In this document: in pieces, positions 38,882 to 48,446 of the stretch
Position numbering within the stretch: position 1 is the stretch's first letter
Layout: every line of letters begins with the position of its first letter
IMG/VR virus record: IMGVR_UViG_3300005753_000041
Coordinates: 1 to 54,689 of that record
Length of the DNA: 54,689 bases
From: a virus
Taxonomy: Duplodnaviria > Caudoviricetes
Reading direction: 5' to 3' (one strand)
Notes under the pieces: generated by a model
Databases searched by the model: none
Seen by the model: only the letters and a program-made list of their open reading frames with translations
Told to the model about the DNA's origin: nothing
Position numbers and translations under genes: made by a program

Positions 38882-39250
38882 CTATTTCATGTCGGCACGA
38901 TCTTGTGCCTGTTGGTCTGAATAATTGCCTTCTGCATATCTTGCATTAGCACCGGTTAATAATTTATCAAGGTTACCTTGTAAGACTTCCTCTCTAGTTA
39001 TTTTAAATCCTTGACGTAAGCCTTCTAAATAAAATTCTACATCGCCCATCTCTTCAATTAACTTAGCTCGGTCCATTGGCTTATTGTACATAGTTGCTTT
39101 CTTAATTAAGTCCACAACTTCACCTGCTTCTCCAGCTACGCCTAATGCCATATGTAAATTATGACAGTCCATAGCTGATAAGCTCTGTCGGATAACTTCT
39201 CCGGGCTTAGATAGGAGTAATACCATTTCACTATGACTTAGCTGTGGCAT
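38882..39250 (-). CDS. MazG-like nucleotide pyrophosphohydrolase
   Basis: LGVAGEAGEVVDLIKK, EEMGDVEFY, NLDKL..RY; ATG at 39250 has GAGGAGG RBS. Confidence 0.88.
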   Translation of the reverse strand: MPQLSHSEMVLLLSKPGEVIRQSLSAMDCHNLHMALGVAGEAGEVVDLIKKATMYNKPMDRAKLIEEMGDVEFYLEGLRQGFKITREEVLQGNLDKLLTGANARYAEGNYSDQQAQDRADMK

Positions 39251-39725
39251 CAGAATCCTCCTCAGATGCAATCAAGCAAATAGCTTGTAGAGCGTAACGT
39301 CTACCATAGGTACAATTAACGCCAATCATTTGAGCTGAACTTAATTGGGGCATTACTTTAATAGGTAATTCAATTGAACTCTTATGCCACTCACCTGATG
39401 AGTGCCCTATTGTAGTATGGGTAACTACGCTAGGAGATTTACCTTTTACTAGCTCGTGGGTTTGAATAATTCCAATACCATTTTCGGCTAGTGCAGGTCT
39501 TGCGATTTCAATTAAAGTACCTAATTCCATGTACTTGTAGCCATATCCTTGTTTGTCCTTTGCTCCGTTAGTCATTTTACCTTGTGCTAGAGCAAGTGCT
39601 CCAAACAAGTTACCAATACTATCAGACATTGTTTCACCAAATGTCCGATATTCTGGTATAACTTCCGGTTCGGGTGTAGTCACTTGGTTTTCTATTTCTG
39701 CAGTTGCCTGCTCTAATTCTGACAT
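39231..39725 (-). CDS. ERF-family ssDNA annealing protein
   Basis: ALALAQGKM...KDKQGYGYKY, HSSGEW, GVNCTYGRRYALQAICLIASEEDSD. Confidence 0.88.
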   Translation of the reverse strand: MSELEQATAEIENQVTTPEPEVIPEYRTFGETMSDSIGNLFGALALAQGKMTNGAKDKQGYGYKYMELGTLIEIARPALAENGIGIIQTHELVKGKSPSVVTHTTIGHSSGEWHKSSIELPIKVMPQLSSAQMIGVNCTYGRRYALQAICLIASEEDSDATAKS

Positions 39726-39748
39726 GTTATCTCCTATTTAATAATTAC

Positions 39749-39771
39749 AAAAAAACCCTCCGTAGGAGGGC
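39749..39771 (-). terminator. intrinsic terminator after primase
   Basis: Minus strand GCCCTCC-TACG-GAGGG-TTTTTTT directly after stop. Confidence 0.8.
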
Positions 39772-41918
39772 TATGCGTTCCGCTTAACGATTGCTTTAGA
39801 AACCGACATCATTATGGTACTCATAATTTCTGTCTCTGTAAGCTTATCTGCAAGCTTGCTATTGAACGCTAGAACATTACTCTGTACTGAATGTAAATCC
39901 ATATCAGAATCAACTAACATTAATGCATACTTGATAAGCTGTTTATTTCTATTACCATCGCCAGTTTTAGATAAGAACCATCTTTCCATATTAGATAATG
40001 ATTGAGTATCCGCGATAAATTGCTTTCGACTTTCATTCTTAGTAGTCTTAGGAATAAAGTCCAAAGCATTAAGTAGACCTCCATCATTATATATATGTTG
40101 CCCTATATTGGTTAACCATTTACGACAACGATCTACAGTGCCTGTGTCAACTTCAAATGGGAGCCACTCATAAATATTACGCATGAACTCAGTGTACTCA
40201 CTTTTCTCCATTTTTAAGGTATGAGATAGGGGTAGTATTAAACGAAAACGATTCTTTTGTGCTGTGTGCCGTTTAGTTGTATAGATTAAATATTTATAAT
40301 CCTTCATTAATAATTTAACAGTATCTAATGTTACTGCATCATCAATATCTAACACGGCTAAATTGAATCCTTGGATAATACTATCTTCTCTACGCCTACC
40401 CTCATTAAGATGGTGGGCAACCCAATGGTATCCTTTTATTTGAGTCATCTGGTGTAGCTTATGGAAAGGCACTAATTCATTCCTATAGTTTTCAGCTATG
40501 TGATTACTATAAGATACAACTAGTTTAGCTAAATCCGTTTCTGCTAAAGATTCCCCTTTCAAGAACTCTATACCGTCATTAAACATTTTTTTAATGATGA
40601 TATTATTCTTGTATCCATATGCTATAGCAAGGTTCATCATTTCTCGTTTCTGAGATTCTGAACCTTTGTAAAACGGCAAATCTTCTACCATATCTACGTG
40701 TGTAACCTCTTTACCTATTGTTGCTATGTATTTGGCTAATTTCACGTAGTTCTTATCCCGTGTAAGCAACTTAAGGAATGCGTCACCCGATTCTTCAGCT
40801 AATTTAATAGCGTTGTATAGGTGGTCTTCTGTGAGGTCTGGTGAGCCATCAATGAAGGCATACGTTCCTGCTAGTTTTAAAGCTTTAAAATACCTATGCC
40901 CTAATTCTGCTTTTTGTATTTCATCATGCTCCGCTAATTTATTAGCGCGCTTCTCGCAATGCATTTTATATTCAATTAAAGTGATACTCACTTCTTTTGT
41001 CATATGGATGTTAATGCCAAAATTAGCATCATCGGCTAATAGAGCTAGGTCAGTTGATATATTAATTAAGTACGCGTTTGTTGTACTATCAGTCAACATT
41101 GCATAAATTTCTTCAGCAGTTAATTCCGTATCTTTGTTGAGATTGGTAGCCATACCAAAGAAGCATCTTCTTGCCATACCTGTCTCTAACATGGATAGCA
41201 TTTCTTCTTCAGTTTTACCTCCATCCATTAATTTAGTAGGCGTACCAAATAACAACATGTTGGTTGGAGTTCTTCCATATATTTCTTCGTTACGAACATT
41301 CTCACTAGTATTTTTGGTTAATTTTTGTTTAACCTTACCCATATCAAATAGTTCAAGGAAGGTTTTTAGTACGTCAAGGTTACCTAATAGGTTTGACCCT
41401 ATTTCATCAATCTCCATATTCATTGAACCAGCATTTGCCATAAGTAATTTGTGTCTCATTTGTTTTACAGCGGCAGTTGTACCTGAATCAAATGAGAATG
41501 CCAATTCCCCTAAGTTCTCAAATTCTTTGAGTGCTTTTGCTGTTTCATCATCAGGGTCAGTGTCTTTCTTTGTAGAGCGTTTAATAGCTAATTTAGCTAA
41601 GTTCTCCATAGCTTTTTTTTGAAAGGTTTCCTCTAGGAATTTTTCTCTAAACTCACTGATAATATGATCTTCAATAATGTTAGTAGAGTGCCCCTTACCT
41701 ATGCCTGAGTTGCCTAGATTTATTGCATACATATTAATAGGAACTATTCCCCTATCATGCGTATCAATATTAGTACGCATCATAGAGGCCACTTTAGTTA
41801 AGTAGTATGCAGATATTACTCTAAAGAAGCCTTTCGCAGTACTTTGGGTTTTTTGGCATAAAATATCAGCTATTTTCTCATTAACTGGATGATGCACCAT
41901 CTCTGATATATCTTTCAT
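39771..41918 (-). CDS. DNA primase (N4 gp43-like; P-loop plus AEP/PriCT)
   Basis: GNSGIGKG, FDSGTTAAVKQMR, DEIGSNL, VLDID, YTTKRH..RFRLILP, GDGNRN. Confidence 0.88.
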   Translation of the reverse strand: MKDISEMVHHPVNEKIADILCQKTQSTAKGFFRVISAYYLTKVASMMRTNIDTHDRGIVPINMYAINLGNSGIGKGHSTNIIEDHIISEFREKFLEETFQKKAMENLAKLAIKRSTKKDTDPDDETAKALKEFENLGELAFSFDSGTTAAVKQMRHKLLMANAGSMNMEIDEIGSNLLGNLDVLKTFLELFDMGKVKQKLTKNTSENVRNEEIYGRTPTNMLLFGTPTKLMDGGKTEEEMLSMLETGMARRCFFGMATNLNKDTELTAEEIYAMLTDSTTNAYLINISTDLALLADDANFGINIHMTKEVSITLIEYKMHCEKRANKLAEHDEIQKAELGHRYFKALKLAGTYAFIDGSPDLTEDHLYNAIKLAEESGDAFLKLLTRDKNYVKLAKYIATIGKEVTHVDMVEDLPFYKGSESQKREMMNLAIAYGYKNNIIIKKMFNDGIEFLKGESLAETDLAKLVVSYSNHIAENYRNELVPFHKLHQMTQIKGYHWVAHHLNEGRRREDSIIQGFNLAVLDIDDAVTLDTVKLLMKDYKYLIYTTKRHTAQKNRFRLILPLSHTLKMEKSEYTEFMRNIYEWLPFEVDTGTVDRCRKWLTNIGQHIYNDGGLLNALDFIPKTTKNESRKQFIADTQSLSNMERWFLSKTGDGNRNKQLIKYALMLVDSDMDLHSVQSNVLAFNSKLADKLTETEIMSTIMMSVSKAIVKRNA

Positions 41919-42226
41919 ATATTACCCTCTATTGGTATACCTGTTGGTAGTGAATTACGATCTACTTTTTCTTGCCATACTCTTCGATAAACACCGATGG
42001 TTTTATCTTTTTTAAGCCAGCTGTTCAATGTAATACATAATTCAACCTGCGTCTTTCTATTCTCTGGATTGTGTAAATTATACACACGCCATTGTCCATA
42101 CGCGTCCATAATGAAATCGTAGTCATACTGAGTTAGTAATGATACATCACTTTTTTTACGTGCAATACGGACAGTACTACCTATAACCGGTTTAGCACTA
42201 AACCAATTCATAATTGTTTTGAACAT
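41915..42226 (-). CDS. hypothetical protein
   Basis: GGAG RBS, ATGA overlap with primase. Confidence 0.65.
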   Translation of the reverse strand: MFKTIMNWFSAKPVIGSTVRIARKKSDVSLLTQYDYDFIMDAYGQWRVYNLHNPENRKTQVELCITLNSWLKKDKTIGVYRRVWQEKVDRNSLPTGIPIEGNI

Positions 42227-42234
42227 GATATCTC

Positions 42235-43203
42235 CTAAGTGAAGTCTGCTATGTAAGCATCTTTCTGTTTACAGATTGGGAAGGCACTACAGTAAAGACA
42301 AGCTTTGGCTGCAGGTTTTACTTCAATAACAACACCTACTCCCCCGTTCTTGGCTTGTAACTCATAAGCGTCTACGCCATTAAGGAAGTTCTTAGTGCTA
42401 CGTTTCATCTTGGCTTGATCTTTATAGTATTTCCATACTGAATCTCCACGCCATAATTCTTTATCCGTACACGCAGGTAATTCTGACTCAGGTTTACCCA
42501 TTAAAGACTTTAATTTAATTATACGCCTACTGATATATTCTTCAGTTTCATCAATACTCATTAAAGGAACTGTATGACATAGTTGAGGTTTCGCTGGGTA
42601 AACTAATGGCTTACTTTTAAGTTCAAATGCTTTCCAATCTGTAAACACAAATTGAATATACATTTCATCTTTGGTAATAATGTCTTGGTTCAACCAACGG
42701 TATATACTCCCTTGTAATTGATAGTCCTCTTCTTTGGTATTGTTAACATAAGTGTACGTGCTGGTTTGCTTAATATCTTCTAAGCGTCCATCAACTACTA
42801 AATCAAATTTACCCGATACAGTCATACCTTCGATTTCTTTACTGGAACGTCTTTCTAAATAAATAGGAATAGTACCCTCTGTAGGGTTTTCTGGATTAAC
42901 TCTAACCTTATCTATTAACTCTTGAGTGTATCCAAGGGCCTTCATTGCTGAAGGATAATGGTTCATCCAAGCAAACTCTACTGCAGTATGTACAGCCGTC
43001 CCTGACTGAGCTTTTAATTTATCTTTAATATCTGGCAGGGCTGAACCTTCAGGCACTCTAGCAGACAGTACAAGCTGTTTTAGAGGCTTAATCAAACTAG
43101 TTACAGATATTGTATTTGGATTGTCATTGTAGTCATATAAATCTGTAGCTAACCACACTGCCATAGATAAACTAAGCTGACTCACATTATTATATTTCTT
43201 CAA
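42235..43203 (-). CDS. PD-(D/E)xK exonuclease (N4 gp42-like)
   Basis: ISVTSLIKP, GTAVH, SGKFD...DIK, QGSIYRWL, C-terminal C..C...C. Confidence 0.85.
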   Translation of the reverse strand: MKKYNNVSQLSLSMAVWLATDLYDYNDNPNTISVTSLIKPLKQLVLSARVPEGSALPDIKDKLKAQSGTAVHTAVEFAWMNHYPSAMKALGYTQELIDKVRVNPENPTEGTIPIYLERRSSKEIEGMTVSGKFDLVVDGRLEDIKQTSTYTYVNNTKEEDYQLQGSIYRWLNQDIITKDEMYIQFVFTDWKAFELKSKPLVYPAKPQLCHTVPLMSIDETEEYISRRIIKLKSLMGKPESELPACTDKELWRGDSVWKYYKDQAKMKRSTKNFLNGVDAYELQAKNGGVGVVIEVKPAAKACLYCSAFPICKQKDAYIADFT

Positions 43204-43372
43204 GAGATTCCTCCAGTAATTCGCATTTAGCTAATAGAGCTTTATTCGTATTTTTCATATCTTGTAAGAGTGAAACCATTGAATCCATATCTATTATCAT
43301 TTCTAAGTTTTTAGCTGTAAGCATATTAATAATTTGCTTATCAGTTTTTCTCGTTAAAAGTAATTTTTTCAT
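43190..43372 (-). CDS. hypothetical coiled-coil protein
   Basis: Overlapping start/stop with neighbours. Confidence 0.55.
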   Translation of the reverse strand: MKKLLLTRKTDKQIINMLTAKNLEMIIDMDSMVSLLQDMKNTNKALLAKCELLEESLEEI

Positions 43373-43620
43373 AAGTTCTCAGTTAAGACTTTAATAGCTT
43401 CTGCAAGTTTTTTACCGGGACCAATATACTTGTCCATACACGGACTACACGGAGCTACTGATATACGAGTTCTAAATAAATCAGACTCACATAGACCCCC
43501 TTTGTTTTCTTGGTATGTACCTGATATATTTACTGTAGTTACCTGCTCTTCTTTATACTGTATATCTAATGGCTCACCACAGTCAGAGCAGTGGAGTATA
43601 GTTAATATTACATTTCTCAT
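43369..43620 (-). CDS. small zinc-binding hypothetical protein
   Basis: CSDC...CSPC pairs; AAGGA RBS. Confidence 0.6.
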   Translation of the reverse strand: MRNVILTILHCSDCGEPLDIQYKEEQVTTVNISGTYQENKGGLCESDLFRTRISVAPCSPCMDKYIGPGKKLAEAIKVLTENL

Positions 43621-43710
43621 AGTTATTCCTTTTAAATTAGTGCTAGTTTTACCCCTACTATTAGCGGAGTAAATTTCAAGGGCTGGACCCCTTTGGATTT
43701 GGGTTAGAGA

Positions 43711-46260
43711 CTAGCTACATAAAGTAGTAATCTCTTGTGTAGTCATGTTATTGTTTAAAGTAATGCCAGTAGACCAATCAGGATAAAAGATATCTAACTC
43801 AGCTTCAAGCTTCACTTCATCATGTTTTATTGCATCTAGTTCACACCATCGCATACAGTCCACTAAGTTATCATTTACCCATTTAATAATTTTAACTTTG
43901 TTTCTAACTAGTAAATAAATAGCGTCATGTATTTGTGCACAGATTTTAATTTCGTATTTATATTCAGAGTTATATACTCTTCGCATAAATTCATTAGACG
44001 CTCTACAATTAAGTAAACCAAAGGATTGACTAATAGCGTTACCTAACGTCCTTCCTTCAGCTTCTGCTAATCTAGGAGTTACACTATTACCTAAAATTGT
44101 TTTAGCTAATACTGGAGTCCTTATACGTAAACCAAAGGCTACTTCTAAATAACCTTGCTTGGCTGCTAACGCTATAGCCTCCTTAGTATAAATGAGTGAG
44201 TGCGAATATAGTGAATGATAACTTGCATAAATACGTTCAGCATCTTCCTCAGAAAATCCTGAGTTTTTTATTAAAGTATAAACCATACCTTGATACTGTA
44301 ATGCAAAAGATACTGGCTTGCTGATACTCCGTTGAACTGAGTGTGTCTTCTTAATTGTATTGATACTATCCGGTGATGTTGGATCTAAATTAGGAAACAT
44401 ATCAGTCCAGTAAGTGTACGTATTAATGCAATGTGAATCGAACCCCTGTAAATATACTTTTAGTTTATTCGGGTCTTTAGTCAACAGTGCATCAATACGC
44501 ATTTCTAGTGCATTAAAATCAGCCCCACAAAATAACCATTTTTTATTTCCTGCAAAGCATTGTTTAATTAATTTACCAAAGCGACTTCCACTTGGAATAG
44601 TTTGTAAATTAGGCTCACTACTAGAGAGTCTACCACTAACAGTACCACCTAATTTAAAACTACCAAAGATGTAATGAATACCATCTGCACCTAATACTGA
44701 ATCCATAAAGGGTCCAATAAATGTGCTGAGTATTTTACCTGCTTTGGTTAAATCTATAACCAATGTTATAAACTCCTTGTATGCTTGGTTTGTAGTATGG
44801 TTAACTAACTTTTCTATATCTTCTGCACCTGTAGCGGGTAACTTAGTAGGTGTCCTATCCAATACAGGTAGTCCCATTATATCGTATAATACTACAGCTA
44901 ATTGTTTTCCTGAATTAGGATTAAATTCCCAAGATATGTTCTCTAATAACTTTGGTTTAATATTTTCTGGGTTTTTAGCTTTTTCTTTTCTAGTTTTAAA
45001 ATCTTTCTCTAAGAATTGTTGTTTAAGTATTTCCGTAGCCTTAGCTACTTCAGGGTACTTAATAATTTTTTTATTACACTCTTCCACAATAGACTCTAAT
45101 TGAGTTTTAGCTTCTATTACCTTTTCAGGTAATATCGGCATACCTGTTAGTTCCATTTGAACTAGGGTACGGATAGTTTCCTTCATCAATCCTAGATATA
45201 GCTTTTCCTGATTATCTGCAATTACTATTGGATATTCGTTTCCATACACGAACCATGTTCCTAGACAATCCTTCAGATTGTACTCTAGGAGCTTGTCCCG
45301 AGGTATCTTAGTGATATCTTTAACATCTACTGAGTAATCGCCTAAAAATTCGTGAGCAGCCTCTTTGAGATTTAATTTGTTACCTCCACAACTGTTCGTT
45401 GCTAAGTATCTAATGACTTGAGTACAGTCAAAGTTTTTGGTTAAAATATCTAAGCCTATTATTAAGCCAATATGATCTGTTATATCTGACATCCATAGTG
45501 CATAGATTAAAATCTTAATATCAAAGGTAGCATTATGATATTTAATGTTACCAACGTATTCCGTAAAAAACTTACGGAGTAAGTCCCTAACTTTTGGATC
45601 ATAAAAATCTACCTCAAAAGCTATACCATTATTTTTATCCCAAGCAAATGCAATAGTCCCAAGTCCTGCTTCTACATGACGTAGTGCAAAGGTTTCTGTA
45701 TCACAAACTATGGAATCATATTGATGTAGAGCTTTAAGTGCAACCTCTATTGCATTGAGGGTATTAGGATACTCAGCTGAGTGAATTACATTTTCGCCTA
45801 ACTTGAATACCAATCCGTAATAATTAGCATCTAGTGTTTTTAAGCTAAGCTTTAATTTCTTTTTATTATCATCACTGTAAATACAGCTCTGGTAATTAAC
45901 ACCTAATATTACATTTATGTGTTTGTAACCTTTAATATTACAAGGGAACACATCTCCTATACATCCGGTAGCTTTACGGTTAGCGGTTAAGAAAACAAAG
46001 TAAGTCGAATCACATACGAGTAATGTAGTAACCCCTAAAGTGTTTAATGCGTTTAACATATTATCTATGTATGGTTTAGCAATGTTTGCAGGAGCTTTAT
46101 TAGCATCATTATATTTAAGACTACACATAACAAAATCTTTAAGAGGTAAGCCGCTAGGCTCTGCATACCAATCTTTGATGGTATGTTCCTGTAAAGCTTT
46201 CTGTTTAATTAACACAGCTATCTTATAACTACTGGCTTGCTCAAATACTTTAATATTCAT
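43711..46260 (-). CDS. family A DNA polymerase (N4 gp39-like)
   Basis: Exo motifs CDTET, HNATFD, YNLKD; SGRLSS; motifs ADFNALEMR, KPVSFALQY, IHDA. Confidence 0.95.
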   Translation of the reverse strand: MNIKVFEQASSYKIAVLIKQKALQEHTIKDWYAEPSGLPLKDFVMCSLKYNDANKAPANIAKPYIDNMLNALNTLGVTTLLVCDSTYFVFLTANRKATGCIGDVFPCNIKGYKHINVILGVNYQSCIYSDDNKKKLKLSLKTLDANYYGLVFKLGENVIHSAEYPNTLNAIEVALKALHQYDSIVCDTETFALRHVEAGLGTIAFAWDKNNGIAFEVDFYDPKVRDLLRKFFTEYVGNIKYHNATFDIKILIYALWMSDITDHIGLIIGLDILTKNFDCTQVIRYLATNSCGGNKLNLKEAAHEFLGDYSVDVKDITKIPRDKLLEYNLKDCLGTWFVYGNEYPIVIADNQEKLYLGLMKETIRTLVQMELTGMPILPEKVIEAKTQLESIVEECNKKIIKYPEVAKATEILKQQFLEKDFKTRKEKAKNPENIKPKLLENISWEFNPNSGKQLAVVLYDIMGLPVLDRTPTKLPATGAEDIEKLVNHTTNQAYKEFITLVIDLTKAGKILSTFIGPFMDSVLGADGIHYIFGSFKLGGTVSGRLSSSEPNLQTIPSGSRFGKLIKQCFAGNKKWLFCGADFNALEMRIDALLTKDPNKLKVYLQGFDSHCINTYTYWTDMFPNLDPTSPDSINTIKKTHSVQRSISKPVSFALQYQGMVYTLIKNSGFSEEDAERIYASYHSLYSHSLIYTKEAIALAAKQGYLEVAFGLRIRTPVLAKTILGNSVTPRLAEAEGRTLGNAISQSFGLLNCRASNEFMRRVYNSEYKYEIKICAQIHDAIYLLVRNKVKIIKWVNDNLVDCMRWCELDAIKHDEVKLEAELDIFYPDWSTGITLNNNMTTQEITTLCS

Positions 46261-46264
46261 TAAT

Positions 46265-46609
46265 TCAAATCTCTAATGGAGTACGTATTGATCTAACAAC
46301 ATACATACCTAAGTCCCAAGGGCATCCCCTAGATTCTGTATCTGTATCGTCCTCTCCTGTACGGATAAAGCCATATAACTCCCCATCCATAGAATCTAAA
46401 TTATCCATCAGTTCAATTACTTCTAATATATCTGGAAACTCGTCATACCATTTTATATCATGTATTGTCCAGTAGACTACATCGTTTACAGTTTCACTAG
46501 GTACATAGTCCTGCCCCAATAGAAAGGGGAAATTTACTCCCTCTAATAATAATGAAGCTATAGCTTCTTTCTTAATCCCTATTACTACCTCTGAATGATA
46601 GCCCATCAA
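46265..46609 (-). CDS. conserved phage hypothetical protein
   Basis: MGYHSEV...IKWY...FIRTGEDDTD pattern recalled from phage proteins. Confidence 0.7.
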   Translation of the reverse strand: MMGYHSEVVIGIKKEAIASLLLEGVNFPFLLGQDYVPSETVNDVVYWTIHDIKWYDEFPDILEVIELMDNLDSMDGELYGFIRTGEDDTDTESRGCPWDLGMYVVRSIRTPLEI

Positions 46610-47160
46610 AATCCACCTAAAATGTCTTTATTGGCTTCCCATATTTTTAACTGTAATAAGCCTTCGGCATTCTTTTGTTTAAAATTAATCAAAGTATCCA
46701 TTTTAATAGTTTCTTCAGAATCTGCATAAAGTAATAAAAGTTTGTGAGGTACTCTCCAGCACAAACATTGACCTAGTGTATTAAATAAATCTTTAGGCGT
46801 TTTAGATATAGCTAAACATTTACGTATGAACGCTCCTACCTGTCGCCTGTGCGCATCTAAAGTGTCTAACTTAAATACTATGTTGGTTAGTTCTTCAATG
46901 AAAGCTGGTTTTGCAGGAGTGTACGTATGGTTCCTAGTTATATTTGAATTATATTTTTTGCCTTTAAAAATCATTCCGGGATTAGCGAAATCATTATTCC
47001 TTTCACCAATCTCCCATATCTCTGAAAGTAATTTTTTATTATCAGACTCAAAAATAGAATGTAATATATAATTAAGTGTAACCTCTTTATAAGTAGAGTC
47101 GTAAATATTTACAAGTAAATCGGGATCTTTAAATACTGTATTTGGAAGGGAGTTGTCCAT
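46606..47160 (-). CDS. hypothetical protein (N4 gp38 position)
   Basis: Sits between helicase and polymerase. Confidence 0.6.
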   Translation of the reverse strand: MDNSLPNTVFKDPDLLVNIYDSTYKEVTLNYILHSIFESDNKKLLSEIWEIGERNNDFANPGMIFKGKKYNSNITRNHTYTPAKPAFIEELTNIVFKLDTLDAHRRQVGAFIRKCLAISKTPKDLFNTLGQCLCWRVPHKLLLLYADSEETIKMDTLINFKQKNAEGLLQLKIWEANKDILGGF

Positions 47161-48427
47161 AAATAATTACCTGTTCTGAGGCTCTGGTTAATGCAACATA
47201 CATTAGTCGAGCAAATTCCATATGGTTACTATTCCTACCTATATCCCCAAGGTCTATAAATACTTTTTTATGTGTACTACCTTGACTTTTATGTATAGTG
47301 GAACAGTGTGGTGGACGTAAGTCTACAAAAGCTTCTTTAAGCGCATAGTAGGGCATCCAGTTACCTTCTTTCTTTGCCTTACGACTCAGTTTACCTAATT
47401 CCCTTTTAAGCTCTTTTGGGTCAACAGGTATTCTACACTGGATATCACTACTTGTTTCAAAGGTAACTACCCAATTAGAAACGCCATTAAAGTAATTAGC
47501 ATCAGTATCAATCGAAGCTATTTTAACTGGGCTATCTGTAGTAAATAATGTAGCCCCTTTATTACTTGCTATAGGATTGTTCGTAATTAATATTTCACCT
47601 ACTTCGAACTTTGAATGAGGGGTAAATTGTTTTCTTACGAAAGTATTGTATTCATTTACTCTGTCATTAGTCCAGCAGACTATTTTACCAGAATCAATGT
47701 CATGCCCAACTGAATTAAATTCAGCTTGGATTAATTGTTGGAACCTTTTACCATCAACAGTCATTAACTCTTTACCATTACCAATGATACTGGGAATACT
47801 CCCCCCATCTAATACTTTCCTAAATTTTTCAGCTAAGGCAATAATAGGGTTACCTAATGCCTGTCTTTGTATTTGAGTTAAGATTGCTTTGTTATGTACT
47901 TCAGTAGCCACTGGACAAGAGTTATACCCAATAGGTGCTAACTGATAAGGGTCTAGTATAAAAACTACTTTACAGTCTATACATAATTCTCTAATTATAT
48001 TGAGTAGTGTCTTATCAATCATACTGGCTTCATCAATAATAATTAATGTATTCCTGACGGGTTTACTTTCTCTTGTTTTTCTTATAGAGGTCGCACCTGT
48101 GTTATAATTGGTATAGACTTTTAATCCTAAGAAACTATGAATAGTTCTAGCCTCTCGTGTATTAAAATTACCTAATACTCTTGCGGCTTTATTTGTGGTA
48201 GCGCACAACACAATATTGTCACTTTCCTTTTCAAATATATTTGCCTCTTGCTTAAGTAATTTACTTGCATTTTTTAGCTTGTAAGTTAAGTCTATTAATT
48301 CTCTTGTTAATATACTTTTTCCTGTTCCAGCATGCCCTTCTATTGCAAGCTCTCCCGGAAAATCATCTAGTATAAACTCTGCAAATTTATCTACAGCAGC
48401 TTGTTGATCATCGGATAGTACTATCAT
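47129..48427 (-). CDS. SF1B Dda/RecD-like DNA helicase
   Basis: GHAGTGKS, ATTNKAA, TIHSFL, DEASMI, QLAP, TIHKSQGST, YVALTRA. Confidence 0.93.
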   Translation of the reverse strand: MIVLSDDQQAAVDKFAEFILDDFPGELAIEGHAGTGKSILTRELIDLTYKLKNASKLLKQEANIFEKESDNIVLCATTNKAARVLGNFNTREARTIHSFLGLKVYTNYNTGATSIRKTRESKPVRNTLIIIDEASMIDKTLLNIIRELCIDCKVVFILDPYQLAPIGYNSCPVATEVHNKAILTQIQRQALGNPIIALAEKFRKVLDGGSIPSIIGNGKELMTVDGKRFQQLIQAEFNSVGHDIDSGKIVCWTNDRVNEYNTFVRKQFTPHSKFEVGEILITNNPIASNKGATLFTTDSPVKIASIDTDANYFNGVSNWVVTFETSSDIQCRIPVDPKELKRELGKLSRKAKKEGNWMPYYALKEAFVDLRPPHCSTIHKSQGSTHKKVFIDLGDIGRNSNHMEFARLMYVALTRASEQVIIYGQLPSKYSI

Positions 48428-48446
48428 TTTTATTCCTTATAAATAA

